DNA of 64,000 bases from Candidatus Latescibacterota bacterium (GCA_965248435.1 OZ252100.1:2528001-2592000); one strand, 5' to 3'; shown: positions 11,016 through 20,405, counted from the stretch's first letter. Notes: generated from the sequence alone by a model not told the origin. Program-made: numbers and translations.

Positions 11016-11333
11016 ATGGTATACGAACAGCGCACCTACATCGTTCCCGAAGGGCGAATGCCGGACATTCTCGACCGATTTGAATCCACGACCTTCGGGC
11101 TCTTCGAAAGGCACGGTATCGAGGTCGTGGGCTTCTGGACCCGGACCGATGCCAACGAGCTCGTCTACCTTTGCAAATTCGAGAGTGAGGCGGCAAAGGA
11201 AACCGCCTGGGACGCCTTTCGGTCGGATCCGGAATGGGTCGCGACCCGGGAACGGACGGAAGCCAACGGCGCCATCGTTGGCGAAATCATCTCACACATC
11301 CTTGTCCCGACCTCTTTCTCTCCCATGCAGTAG
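11016..11333 (+). CDS. NIPSNAP family protein
   Basis: YEQRTY, FERHGIEVVGFW, AWDAFRSDPEW, PTSFSP; RBS aaggag. Confidence 0.9.
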   Translation: MVYEQRTYIVPEGRMPDILDRFESTTFGLFERHGIEVVGFWTRTDANELVYLCKFESEAAKETAWDAFRSDPEWVATRERTEANGAIVGEIISHILVPTSFSPMQ

Positions 11334-11399
11334 GTACCCGATCCTATCGTCTTCTCATCTGCGTGTAATTCGCTATTTCTTTGCGTCTGCGGTGAGACT

Positions 11400-12689
11400 T
11401 TAGTCCTTTAGGATGAGCTCGATTACGGGGACCGCCACATCCGGCCTCTGAACGGGCAGAGCCAGGGTCACGAGATCCTCTCCCAAATCTCTGGGCGTCG
11501 TGTTGCCGCCGCCTATTGGAGGCACGTATCTCTGGATCTCAGACCCATCATTGAGCAGCTGTGCGTAGGCCACTCGATCCCTCAGGCCCTCGAGATGCAC
11601 GTGCTTGAACGGCCATTCGAACAGGTGGAGATAGAGCCGGTTTCCTCGCTGCGTATACCGACAGCCCGTCGGCGCCAGGAATTCGCTCTGTGTCGCACCG
11701 GTAATCGATCGGTCGTGCAGGCGCATCCATTCTCCAATGTCCTCGAGCGTCTGAAGTGCTTTCGGATCGAACTCACCCCGGGCGGTCGGCCCGACGTTCA
11801 GGATGAGATTACCGCCCTTTGAGACCGTGTCGATCAGCATTTGGACCAGCATGTCCACAGGCTTCCAGTCCAGATTGTCCCGATCATATCCCCAGCTGCC
11901 GTTAAGCGTCTGGCATGCCTCCCAAACCACCGGCTTTCCGTCTACCTGAACCCACGCACGGGGTTGATGCTGTTCCGGGGTGGTGTAATCTCCGGGCAGT
12001 TCGGTTCGGTTATTGATCAAGATGCCGGGCATGAGCTCTCTGACCATGCCGACCAGCTTCTCCGACTGCCAGTCTTCCTTACCTTTCCCTTCTCCCCATT
12101 CCAGTGCTCGATCTGAATAGGAAAAATCCATGAACAGGACATCGATCTTCCCGAACCCGGTCATCAGTTCGCGGACCTGACCGTGCAGGTATTCGGCGTA
12201 CTTTCGAATGTCACGTCCCGCTTCCCGTTCTTTGAAGGCGATGTCGTTGCGCTGAGGGTGGAGGGCGTCCACCGGAAATTCCGGATGGTGCCAATCGATC
12301 AGGGAGTGGTAAAAGCCGATTTTGAGACCCTCCGCCCGGAAGGCCTCCACCATGGGCTTGAGAAGATCCCTCCCGGCAGGCGTATTTGGAGCTTTGTAGT
12401 CGGTCAGCTTGGAGTCCCAGAGACAGAATCCGTCATGGTGTTTCGTCGTCACCACAAAATATTTCATCCCGGCTTTCCTGGCGGACGCCGCCCACAATTC
12501 AGGATCGTATAGATCCGGATCGAACTGTTCAAAATAGTTTTGATACGCCTCATCCGCGATCTCCTCTCTGTTCTTGATCCACTCGTGGCGCCCCGGAAGG
12601 GAATAGATGCCCCAGTGGATAAACAGCCCGAATCGATCTTGGACGAACCAGTCTCTGTCAGCTGGCGTTGAATCTGGCTGTGGTATCAT
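11400..12689 (-). CDS. alpha-L-fucosidase (GH29)
   Basis: FGLFIHWGIYS, TTKHHDGFCLW, YHSLIDWHHP, WEACQTLNGSWGY, GNLILNVGP; RBS aaggag before ATG 12689. Confidence 0.93.
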   Translation of the reverse strand: MIPQPDSTPADRDWFVQDRFGLFIHWGIYSLPGRHEWIKNREEIADEAYQNYFEQFDPDLYDPELWAASARKAGMKYFVVTTKHHDGFCLWDSKLTDYKAPNTPAGRDLLKPMVEAFRAEGLKIGFYHSLIDWHHPEFPVDALHPQRNDIAFKEREAGRDIRKYAEYLHGQVRELMTGFGKIDVLFMDFSYSDRALEWGEGKGKEDWQSEKLVGMVRELMPGILINNRTELPGDYTTPEQHQPRAWVQVDGKPVVWEACQTLNGSWGYDRDNLDWKPVDMLVQMLIDTVSKGGNLILNVGPTARGEFDPKALQTLEDIGEWMRLHDRSITGATQSEFLAPTGCRYTQRGNRLYLHLFEWPFKHVHLEGLRDRVAYAQLLNDGSEIQRYVPPIGGGNTTPRDLGEDLVTLALPVQRPDVAVPVIELILKD

Positions 12690-12707
12690 CTCAGGACTCC
12701 TTCCAAA

Positions 12708-12830
12708 TTGTGGATTTGGGATTTCGGATTGCGCGTTATTCACTGCTCTTTTCTGCGCTCCATTCGATCTGCATATTCTTCACCGGTTCTGCCCTTCAAT
12801 TCGCAATCTCAAATCCGCGATCCGCAATCG
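12708..12830. repeat. inverted heptamer-repeat arrays (aatccgc type)
   Basis: ttgtggatttgggatttcggattgcg faces caattcgcaatctcaaatccgcgatccgcaatc; same motif at 2296-2330. Confidence 0.65.
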
Positions 12831-13014
12831 GAGGGTTATCAAATTAGCCGACAGGAAACGTTTTGTTACACGGATGGCTCGGTCTCGAGAAGCAGGGCTA
12901 TCTTTTGGCGGAGCCCAAACTGCCTTGTTTAGGCGAAGATAGGAGTCCCCCGCCAACGATCAACTCCCTGGCATTCCCTTTGCTGTCTGACGGACCCAAA
13001 GGGAAGCACCGGAA

Positions 13015-13203
13015 ATGGATAGCGAAAAAATGATGCGCCGGCAGATCCTCGATGGACTTGAAGCCCTGCACAGACTCATCCTGAAGTACGCGGAAGGAGA
13101 TCTGTCAGTCAAGCCGGAACGAGACCGGCTCGAAGGCGCCCTCCAGGTCAAGTTCGCCATTTGGCGTTCCCTGGCCAGGGATCGCTCAAACTCGTCACCC
13201 TGA
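13015..13203 (+). CDS. small hypothetical protein (62 aa)
   Basis: Plausible helical composition; 13 nt from the next ORF on the same strand. Confidence 0.4.
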   Translation: MDSEKMMRRQILDGLEALHRLILKYAEGDLSVKPERDRLEGALQVKFAIWRSLARDRSNSSP

Positions 13204-13216
13204 AGCAGGACGACGA

Positions 13217-13768
13217 ATGGTTAAGATCAGTCAGTCGATCTTGTCTGTCGCATTGGCCTTGTCACCCGGCGACAGCGCGATTGCACAGCGCCATCTTCCG
13301 AACCTGCAGGTCTTTACAGTGCAGGTACCGATCCTCGTCGATGCGCAAGTCGAACATCCCGCCGTCTACAGCGGATCACCCTCGTTGTCTCTACCCGGCA
13401 TAGGGAAAACTGTCAAGTTTCAACTGTTCTCACCTCTTGCCAGCGGCCAGGAAGTGTTCGAATACAGTGTTGAAATAGAAGATCCGGACTACGAGTTTTC
13501 AGACATCTTCCGTGTTGTCTCCGTGAAAGACTGGGACAAAAGAGAACTGAAGCCCCTCCCCGGATCAAGGAGCACACGGCACACTGCTACGCGCCTGGAT
13601 TTCGTGGTCCTGCCCCCCACAGGCCACGTGGTCACTGTCGAGGTGACCCGGGTAAAGGAAGTCGAGGAACGTCAACCCATCAGAGTAAAACTTTCGGTCA
13701 CGACGGTTTCAGATCCCCCTCGTCGCGTCTCGCGGATGCAGGGTCGGCAGGAACTCCCCTGGCTTTAG
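13217..13768 (+). CDS. hypothetical exported protein
   Basis: Signal-peptide-like N-terminus MVKISQSILSVALALSPGDSAIA; beta-rich body; no family recognised. Confidence 0.55.
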   Translation: MVKISQSILSVALALSPGDSAIAQRHLPNLQVFTVQVPILVDAQVEHPAVYSGSPSLSLPGIGKTVKFQLFSPLASGQEVFEYSVEIEDPDYEFSDIFRVVSVKDWDKRELKPLPGSRSTRHTATRLDFVVLPPTGHVVTVEVTRVKEVEERQPIRVKLSVTTVSDPPRRVSRMQGRQELPWL

Positions 13769-13893
13769 CTGGAAACAAAAAATCGGGCAGAACGTCTCGG
13801 AGAACAACTCCGTGTTCTGCCCATTCATTTCTCCAGTCAATCTTCTTTCAGAAGGGTTCCTGCTGTTCCCCCACCTTCATTCCATTCAGACCT

Positions 13894-14136
13894 TCACGGA
13901 ACGATCTGCTTTCCCTCTTCATCCAGAATGATCAGTGCGTTGGCCGGACAAACAGTACAGGCATCTATCAGACGCTCACGGTCTACCTGTTCCGGTTCCA
14001 GAAAGGTTACGATGTCATCCTCCCCAAGAGAAAAAGCTTCGGGGGCAATTCCGAGGCAGTCCTTAAACGCGGCGCAGGACGTTCTGTCTATACGAAGCGT
14101 TAACCCTCCAACCTTCCTCTCGCGCGCGTCGCTCAA
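13894..14136 (-). CDS. single-cluster ferredoxin (probably 3Fe-4S)
   Basis: IDRTSCAAFKDC...APEAF...CPANAL; the second Cys of CxxCxxC is replaced by Phe. Confidence 0.8.
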   Translation of the reverse strand: MSDARERKVGGLTLRIDRTSCAAFKDCLGIAPEAFSLGEDDIVTFLEPEQVDRERLIDACTVCPANALIILDEEGKQIVP

Positions 14137-14164
14137 GGGGAGTCCCCTCCTTCTTCTCTAAACT

Positions 14165-14545
14165 CTATTTACTCCCACTCAGTACTTCCTCAACGGCTTC
14201 CAGCATTTCTTTAGAACTAAACGGCTTCACGAATGTGCGTTTGGCCCCCAGGTTATCCGCGGCCGGAATCCGGCTAAAACTTCCCCTTACACCGGTTATC
14301 GCAATCACCTTGACATCAGGATAATCACGTTGAAGTTCCCTGATGGTTTCGACACCGTCTTTCTCGGGCATAAACAGATCCGTGATAACGAGGTCTGCAG
14401 GGTCCTCTTTGTAGGTCTGCACGCCTTCAACGCCGTCCGGGGCGTCCTCCACGTCATAACCCGCTCCCTCAAGCATCTTACGAAGGACCTCCCGCACTTG
14501 TTCGTCGTCTTCGATCACAAGGATACGTGCCAAAACTACCTCCAA
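14165..14545 (-). CDS. single-domain response regulator (CheY-like receiver)
   Basis: ILVIEDD, VITDLFMPEKDG, AITG, VKPF. Confidence 0.92.
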   Translation of the reverse strand: MEVVLARILVIEDDEQVREVLRKMLEGAGYDVEDAPDGVEGVQTYKEDPADLVITDLFMPEKDGVETIRELQRDYPDVKVIAITGVRGSFSRIPAADNLGAKRTFVKPFSSKEMLEAVEEVLSGSK

Positions 14546-14597
14546 CCCTGCCGACTCCGTTGGAAAACACCCAACAGGCCGTTTCAGAAACCTCGCT

Positions 14598-14894
14598 TCA
14601 TTCTAGGGGAACTGAAAGGGCCTGCTTGAGGATCTTCCCAGGCTTGAAGGCCACCCTTCGTCGGACCGGGATAGACACTCGCTCGCCTGTTTTTGGATTA
14701 CGAGCAAACGGCCGGGGGTTTGTTCGTTTCACGGTCCACGCCCCGAATCCCCTGATCTCGATCCTTTCCCCATGATTTATGGCGTCGACCAAGGCATCGA
14801 ACGCAGCGTCGACGGCCTGTCTGGCCAGAGCCTTGCTGCACCCAAGCACATCGGAAAGCATGTGAGCCAGGTCGGACCGCTTCACAGTGCTCAT
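14598..14894 (-). CDS. HU/IHF family DNA-binding protein
   Basis: IEIRGFG, ARNPKTGE, VAFKPGK; RBS ggagggg before ATG 14894. Confidence 0.92.
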   Translation of the reverse strand: MSTVKRSDLAHMLSDVLGCSKALARQAVDAAFDALVDAINHGERIEIRGFGAWTVKRTNPRPFARNPKTGERVSIPVRRRVAFKPGKILKQALSVPLE

Positions 14895-15129
14895 ATCCCC
14901 TCCAAGGACTTGCAGCTGGTCCTGACACGCGACCCGAAAACAGGCCAGATTATCTAAAAAAGAATCCAAAAAAATAGCACACCTATCTCGGTGCGCTGCC
15001 CCTATTCACCTCACGTCCCGCCGCCAAGCGATTTGTACGGCGTCCACTATAAACAGGATTCGAAAAGATGTCAATCAGAAACTTTCGATACCTCAGCGAC
15101 CTGAATCTTGACATCTATTTAGACAGCCG

Positions 15130-16188
15130 CTACCCCTGCCGCCTTTCGGTCGGTTCAGGGATGCTCCTGGCGCCGCGAGTTTCGCCCACGGCGAGGCGCG
15201 CTGCAAACGCGTGCTCTAGGGTGAGTTGCAGCACGTTGATGTCGCACGGTTTTGTCAGATACTCGTACGCGCCCAACTCGATCGTCTTTCCGGCGATCAC
15301 CTCGTCCTCAACCCCCGTCAGGATCAGAACCACCATCTGATCGTTCAGCCTCTTGGCCTGCCTAAGGACGCTTATGCCATCAGTCCCGGGCATCCGAAGA
15401 TCCACAAGCGCTGCGTCATACCGAGCTGTTCTCAGCATACGGGTCGCCTCTTCTCCACCCTCCGCCACCACAGCGAGATACCCGAGCGCTTCAAGAGCAA
15501 GGGCGATGCCCTCCGCCAGTGACCGGTCATCGTCCACGACAAGGATGCGTTCTGACTTCCGCTCTGATGTTCCTCCTGACGGCCCTTTCGAAATGATTCT
15601 TCTCATGTCGCATCCGAACATCTCCTCGAGGCACCACTGAACTATTCGGAGGGCGTCGGCCAGTCTAAATGGCTTTCTCAGATAGTAGGATGCCCCCAAT
15701 TCCAGTATGGCCTTTCGGGCCATTTCGTAGGTTGCAAACCCCGAAATCAAAATCACCTTGGCTCCCGGCGAGGCCTCCTTGATGGCCTCGATAACCTGTA
15801 GGCCCGAAACGTATTCACCTCTCACCGCTACAGGATTGATCAGTTTGATGTCAACCAGGGCGATCCCTATCGGCCTCTCCCTCGCGAAAACAATGGCCTC
15901 CTCTCCCGATGCGAATACATGAATGGCCTCGGTAGGATAGTCAAGCGTCTCGAACTGATTGGTGAGAAAATCAGTAATCAACAATTCGTCATCGACGATC
16001 AGCAGGTTCGGTGCACGGCTGACGAAAGTAAACCGGCCCGGAGCCACGTCATCCGTGGTGTTCTCTTCTGACAGGAAAAGTGAGACGAGGTGTCTCAGAT
16101 CGGCGTAGCGCGTAGGAGGAATGGACGGATCCTTTTCTGCGTCCGCAAAGCATTGCCGGCTAACCTGGTGGGATTCGGCAAAGTCCAT
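15130..16188 (-). CDS. response regulator with two receiver domains and no output domain
   Basis: REC1 LLIVDDE/ALVDIKL/ISG/RKPF; REC2 ILVVDDD/ALVDLRMP/LTG/TKPC; start taken at ATG 16188 after ggag. Confidence 0.85.
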   Translation of the reverse strand: MDFAESHQVSRQCFADAEKDPSIPPTRYADLRHLVSLFLSEENTTDDVAPGRFTFVSRAPNLLIVDDELLITDFLTNQFETLDYPTEAIHVFASGEEAIVFARERPIGIALVDIKLINPVAVRGEYVSGLQVIEAIKEASPGAKVILISGFATYEMARKAILELGASYYLRKPFRLADALRIVQWCLEEMFGCDMRRIISKGPSGGTSERKSERILVVDDDRSLAEGIALALEALGYLAVVAEGGEEATRMLRTARYDAALVDLRMPGTDGISVLRQAKRLNDQMVVLILTGVEDEVIAGKTIELGAYEYLTKPCDINVLQLTLEHAFAARLAVGETRGARSIPEPTERRQG

Positions 16189-16500
16189 TCGGATCTCCGT
16201 AAAAAAAAAATGGGCGTACCCTGTCCGAGTGTACACCACAGGAGATGGATCAATAATCAACCCACGAGAACGACAATCTGCTCCTAAGTCCCAGTATACC
16301 AACAAGTTGATCGAGTTGTCAACCCATTTTCCGTCGGCATTTACTTTGGCGAATCTCAGCCCAAAACTGCAAGAAATCTACCAGGCGCGGTTCCGCTGTC
16401 CTTGTGCCGCCTTTCCCGGTCCCTCCGGAGAATACACATTAGATAAAGATTAACAAACGGTTATGCCTGTGACCACGAACGCTGTCCGGATCCCCGTCAG

Positions 16501-16516
16501 TGGCACGGAGCATGCT
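16501..16516 (+). promoter_or_regulatory. putative sigma54 (-24/-12) promoter
   Basis: tggcacggagcatgct: GG-N10-GC spacing and TGGCACG match, 44 nt upstream of an RBS-led small ORF. Confidence 0.55.
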
Positions 16517-16559
16517 GTTTAGTATATTGTAAAGAACAACATTCAAAGGAGGGAAGAAG

Positions 16560-16676
16560 ATGACCTTATTCATATTTCTCCTCGTAATCAGCTTGCCGAT
16601 CTTCCACATTTTCCTGGGCAGACGACTCGTGGAAGCCCGGAAAACTCTGGACGAGATAAAATCGAGACGTCACTAA
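16560..16676 (+). CDS. 38-aa single-pass membrane peptide (not in the ORF track)
   Basis: RBS aaaggaggg; MTLFIFLLVISLPIFHIFLGRRLVEARKTLDEIKSRRH, a hydrophobic stretch followed by a basic tail. Confidence 0.55.
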   Translation: MTLFIFLLVISLPIFHIFLGRRLVEARKTLDEIKSRRH

Positions 16677-16837
16677 CCTCTGTTGGCGCACTTCTACGCG
16701 TCCCGCAAGGGCTTTGGCACTCGAACATCGCTTGACACGGACCCATCCCCTGCCTTTCATGGTGATGCAGTAATCAGATCCGTCTCTAGAATCGATTAGA
16801 TAAAGCCCCCGAGGGCATCAGGATTGCGGAGACTGAG

Positions 16838-17194
16838 ATGGCTCAGCTGCTCGTCATCGAAGACGACGACACCGTGCGAGGGCTGATACGGGTGATGCTG
16901 GAGAATGCGGGTCACGAGGTTCTTGAGGCCTCGGATGGTGAGGAAGGGGTGAGGCTCTACCGTCAAAAAAACCCCGACCTCGTCATTACCGATGTTCCAC
17001 TTCCCAAAAAAGACGGCCTGGAGGTGATGCAGGAGCTTCGAAATGACTTTCCCGACATAAAATTCATCGTCATCACGACCCACGTACTGCCAATCCTCGC
17101 CAAAGCCCTTCAGCTGGGCGCTCGCTACGCCTTTACCAAACCTTTCCGGATGCAGAAATTCCTCTCAGCCGTCGAGGAAATCCTGGCAGAATAG
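16838..17194 (+). CDS. single-domain response regulator
   Basis: LLVIEDD, VITDVPLP, VITT, TKPF. Confidence 0.9.
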   Translation: MAQLLVIEDDDTVRGLIRVMLENAGHEVLEASDGEEGVRLYRQKNPDLVITDVPLPKKDGLEVMQELRNDFPDIKFIVITTHVLPILAKALQLGARYAFTKPFRMQKFLSAVEEILAE

Positions 17195-17219
17195 TCCTCG
17201 AGCGTCCCTGTCTACCCTA

Positions 17220-17684
17220 CTACAACCGTGACTGCTTAGCGTAGTTCTCCACCTGGATGTTCGCTCCCATCAGGCGTTCGCAGAGAATCTCAACCATATT
17301 TTCGTAAATCTTGAGGCGCAGCACCTGGTCCCGAAGCAGGGTCTCCAGATCGCCGCGGCGGATTACGAAACCGGCAGACTTCTCCAGCGCGACGATGTTT
17401 GCAGATCGGGCCTGCCCGGTGAACACCCCCATCTCGCCTGTCGTCGATCCGGGAAATACCTCGCCCAGCGTTGCCCCCGACTCATTCGTGGCCCTCAGTC
17501 TCCCCTGGACCAGAATCAACATTTCGTCGCCCGGTTCTCCGATCCGGTAAATGAGCTCACTTTGACCGTAAGCTCTGTATTCACAAAATTTTAAAACACG
17601 TTGGGCCTCGCTCATCGTCAGCCGCTTAAACACCCTGACCTTCTGTATAATCGACTTAACCCGTTGAATATGCTCTCGATTCAT
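17220..17684 (-). CDS. stand-alone cyclic nucleotide-binding domain protein
   Basis: IYRIGEPGDEMLILVQG, GEMGVFTGQARSANIVA (phosphate-binding cassette); no HTH. Confidence 0.88.
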   Translation of the reverse strand: MNREHIQRVKSIIQKVRVFKRLTMSEAQRVLKFCEYRAYGQSELIYRIGEPGDEMLILVQGRLRATNESGATLGEVFPGSTTGEMGVFTGQARSANIVALEKSAGFVIRRGDLETLLRDQVLRLKIYENMVEILCERLMGANIQVENYAKQSRL

Positions 17685-17800
17685 GTCCCATCTCTTCCAG
17701 GCGAAGGCTTTAGAAACCGCCCTGAGGAACCGATACTAAATAATGAATATAAGGGGAACCCATCGTCCTGTCTACGATACAATTCTGTAGACATTTCCGG

Positions 17801-17830
17801 TTGACACATACCAGTGTAAATGTTTAAGTT
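17801..17830 (+). promoter_or_regulatory. putative sigma70 promoter upstream of fliG copy 1
   Basis: TTGACA-N18-TAAGTT. Confidence 0.4.
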
Positions 17831-17897
17831 TAATCAGGTTAATCAATCACTTAGCAGGTCTTATCCCCGTCCCGATCCGAAAGGTGGTGGTTGAGCC

Positions 17898-18914
17898 TTG
17901 GCTGAAGAAGAGGCTTCTGAAGAAGTATCTGCACGATCGAAAGTCGCGATCTTGATGATCGCCCTGGGCCAGGACACGACCGCCGAAGTCATGAAGTACC
18001 TGAGCGAATTCGAGATCGAGGGGATCGCACAGGCCATCGCCGAAATGGACGTGGTTACCACCGAACAGGAAGACGATGTCCTCGAGGAGTTTGAACAGCT
18101 CCTCATCGCCGGAAAATACGTCTCTCAGGGCGGGATGGATTTTGCGAGGGGTGCCCTGGAAAAGGCATTGGGTCCACGCAGAGCACAGGGCCTCCTGGAT
18201 CGCGTGACCAGCACTACCTCCAGTGGTTTTTACATGCTCCGCAATGTCGATCCGAACCAGATCATCCCCTTCATCGCCAAGGAGCACCCACAGACCATCT
18301 CGCTCATCCTCTCACAGCTGGATTCGTCTCAGGCTGCCGGCGTGCTCAACGGACTGCCCGAGGAACTTCAGGCCGACGTCTCCTACCGCATCGCGATGAT
18401 GGAGAACATCTCTCCCGAGGTGCTGCGTGAGCTCGAAGAGAGCCTCGCGCAGGACCTCCAAACGATTCTGGGCGGTCAGATCACAGAAATCGGCGGCCCA
18501 AAGGCCGTCGCCGAGATCCTCAACCGCACCGGGCGGTCCACCGAAAAGGCGGTGCTGGAGCGACTGGATGCACAGGACCCTGAGCTGGCCGAGGAAGTAC
18601 GCAACCAGATGTTCGTTTTCGACGACATCGCCAAGCTGACCGACCGCGAGATCCAGATGATCCTAAGAGAGGTGGATACAAAAGACCTGGCCGTCGCCTT
18701 GAAAGGCGGCAGCGAGGAACTGCAGGACCGAATCTTCGGCAACGTATCAGAGCGCGTCGGCACGATGATCAAGGAAGAGATGGAATTTTCGGGGCCGGTG
18801 CGGATGAGCGACGTGGAAGACGTGCAGCTCCGGGTCGTCCAGACGGTAAGGCAGTTGGAGGAAGCAGGCCAGGTCACCATCGTAAGAGGCGACTCAACAG
18901 ACTCCTTTGTCTAA
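17898..18914 (+). CDS. fliG: flagellar motor switch protein FliG, copy 1
   Basis: KVAILMIALG, GGMDFARGALEKALG, EHPQ, GG hinge (EIGGPKAVA), MFVF, charged torque helix SERVGTMIKEEMEFSGPVR; 338 aa. Confidence 0.95.
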   Translation: MAEEEASEEVSARSKVAILMIALGQDTTAEVMKYLSEFEIEGIAQAIAEMDVVTTEQEDDVLEEFEQLLIAGKYVSQGGMDFARGALEKALGPRRAQGLLDRVTSTTSSGFYMLRNVDPNQIIPFIAKEHPQTISLILSQLDSSQAAGVLNGLPEELQADVSYRIAMMENISPEVLRELEESLAQDLQTILGGQITEIGGPKAVAEILNRTGRSTEKAVLERLDAQDPELAEEVRNQMFVFDDIAKLTDREIQMILREVDTKDLAVALKGGSEELQDRIFGNVSERVGTMIKEEMEFSGPVRMSDVEDVQLRVVQTVRQLEEAGQVTIVRGDSTDSFV

Positions 18915-18944
18915 ATCAGGAATACAACTCTAGCATACGGAATC

Positions 18945-18977
18945 AGGCCCCACCCTGCGGATGGGGCCGTGTTATTT
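18945..18977 (+). terminator. possible intrinsic terminator after fliG copy 1
   Basis: ggccccaccctgcggatggggcc hairpin followed by gtgttattt. Confidence 0.4.
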
Positions 18978-18988
18978 GGGAGGACACA

Positions 18989-19339
18989 TTGGCCAGAATT
19001 CTTGTGATCGATGACGACGAGTCGATCCGGATCGGGATCCGCACGGCCCTCACGGTCGACGGTCACATCGTCGACGAGGCCGAAGACGGAGAGACTGGGC
19101 TCGATCATTACCACGAGAACTCGGCTGATATCGTGATCGTCGACCTCATGCTCCCCGATAAACAGGGCCTCGACATCATACAGGAAATCAGAACAGATCA
19201 TCCGGAGGCAAAAATCCTTGCCCTTTCCGGACGCCCGGAGATTCTCAAAAAGGCAGTTGGGCTGGGTGCAGACCAGGCATTCGAGAAACCCATAAGGATG
19301 CTCGACCTGCTCGAAACGATAAAGGGAATGCTAAGGTAG
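18989..19339 (+). CDS. single-domain response regulator between the fliG copies
   Basis: ILVIDDD, VIVDLMLP, ALSG, EKPI; RBS gggagg. Confidence 0.9.
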   Translation: MARILVIDDDESIRIGIRTALTVDGHIVDEAEDGETGLDHYHENSADIVIVDLMLPDKQGLDIIQEIRTDHPEAKILALSGRPEILKKAVGLGADQAFEKPIRMLDLLETIKGMLR

Positions 19340-19388
19340 ACCTTGATGTCGTGCGGCTATCCAGTGCACACCAGGAAGGAGGTAAGGT

Positions 19389-20405
19389 TTGGCTGAAGAA
19401 GAGGTTGCTGATGAAATGTCTGCGAAGATAAAAGTTGCGATCTTGATGATCGCCCTGGGCCAGGACACGACCGCCGAAGTCATGAAGTACCTGACCGAAC
19501 TTGAGGTCGAGGGGATCGCACAGGCCATCGCCGAAATGGACGTGGTTACCACCGAAATGGAAGACGATGTCCTCGAGGAGTTCGAACAGCTCCTCATCGC
19601 AGGGAAATATGTCTCCCAGGGCGGGATGGATTTTGCGAGGGGCGCCCTGGAAAAGGCCCTGGGTCCGCGCAGAGCGCAGGGCCTCCTGGATCGCGTGACC
19701 AGCACCACCTCCAGCGGTTTTTACATGCTCCGCAATGTCGACCCGAACCAGATCATCCCCTTCATCGCCAAGGAGCACCCACAGACCATCTCGCTCATCC
19801 TCTCACAGCTGGATTCGGCTCAGGCTGCCGGCGTGCTCAACGGACTGCCCGAGGAACTTCAGTCCGACGTCTCCTACCGCATCGCGATGATGGAGAACAT
19901 CTCTCCCGAGGTGCTGCGTGAGCTCGAAGAGAGCCTCGCGCAGGACCTCCAAACGATTCTGGGCGGTCAGATCACGGAAATCGGCGGCCCCAAGGCCGTC
20001 GCCGAGATCCTCAACCGCACCGGGCGGTCCACTGAAAAGGCGGTACTGGAGCGCCTGGATGCACAGGACCCCGAACTGGCCGAGGAAGTACGCAACCAGA
20101 TGTTCGTCTTCGACGACATCGCCAAGCTGACCGACCGCGAGATCCAGATGATCCTCAGAGAAGTGGATACAAAAGACCTGGCCGTCGCCTTGAAAGGTGG
20201 CAGCGAGGAACTGCAGGACCGAATCTTCGGCAACGTATCAGAGCGCGTCGGCACGATGATCAAGGAAGAGATGGAGTTCTCGGGGCCGGTGCGGATGAGC
20301 GACGTGGAAGACGTGCAGCTCCGCGTCGTCCAGACGGTAAGGCAGCTGGAGGAAGCAGGCCAGGTCACCATCGTCAGAGGCGACTCAACAGACTCCTTTG
20401 TCTAA
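19389..20405 (+). CDS. fliG: flagellar motor switch protein FliG, copy 2
   Basis: Same motifs and length as copy 1; RBS aaggaggt before TTG. Confidence 0.95.
   Translation: MAEEEVADEMSAKIKVAILMIALGQDTTAEVMKYLTELEVEGIAQAIAEMDVVTTEMEDDVLEEFEQLLIAGKYVSQGGMDFARGALEKALGPRRAQGLLDRVTSTTSSGFYMLRNVDPNQIIPFIAKEHPQTISLILSQLDSAQAAGVLNGLPEELQSDVSYRIAMMENISPEVLRELEESLAQDLQTILGGQITEIGGPKAVAEILNRTGRSTEKAVLERLDAQDPELAEEVRNQMFVFDDIAKLTDREIQMILREVDTKDLAVALKGGSEELQDRIFGNVSERVGTMIKEEMEFSGPVRMSDVEDVQLRVVQTVRQLEEAGQVTIVRGDSTDSFV

Noticed and set aside
16201-16210. A10 tract as a phase-variation switch
   Set aside because: It lies upstream of the likely start (16188) of the double-receiver gene, and a single sequence gives no evidence of length variation.
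17710-17736. Sigma28 promoter for fliG
   Set aside because: Only a partial -10 match (accgatac) and a poor -35; too weak to call.
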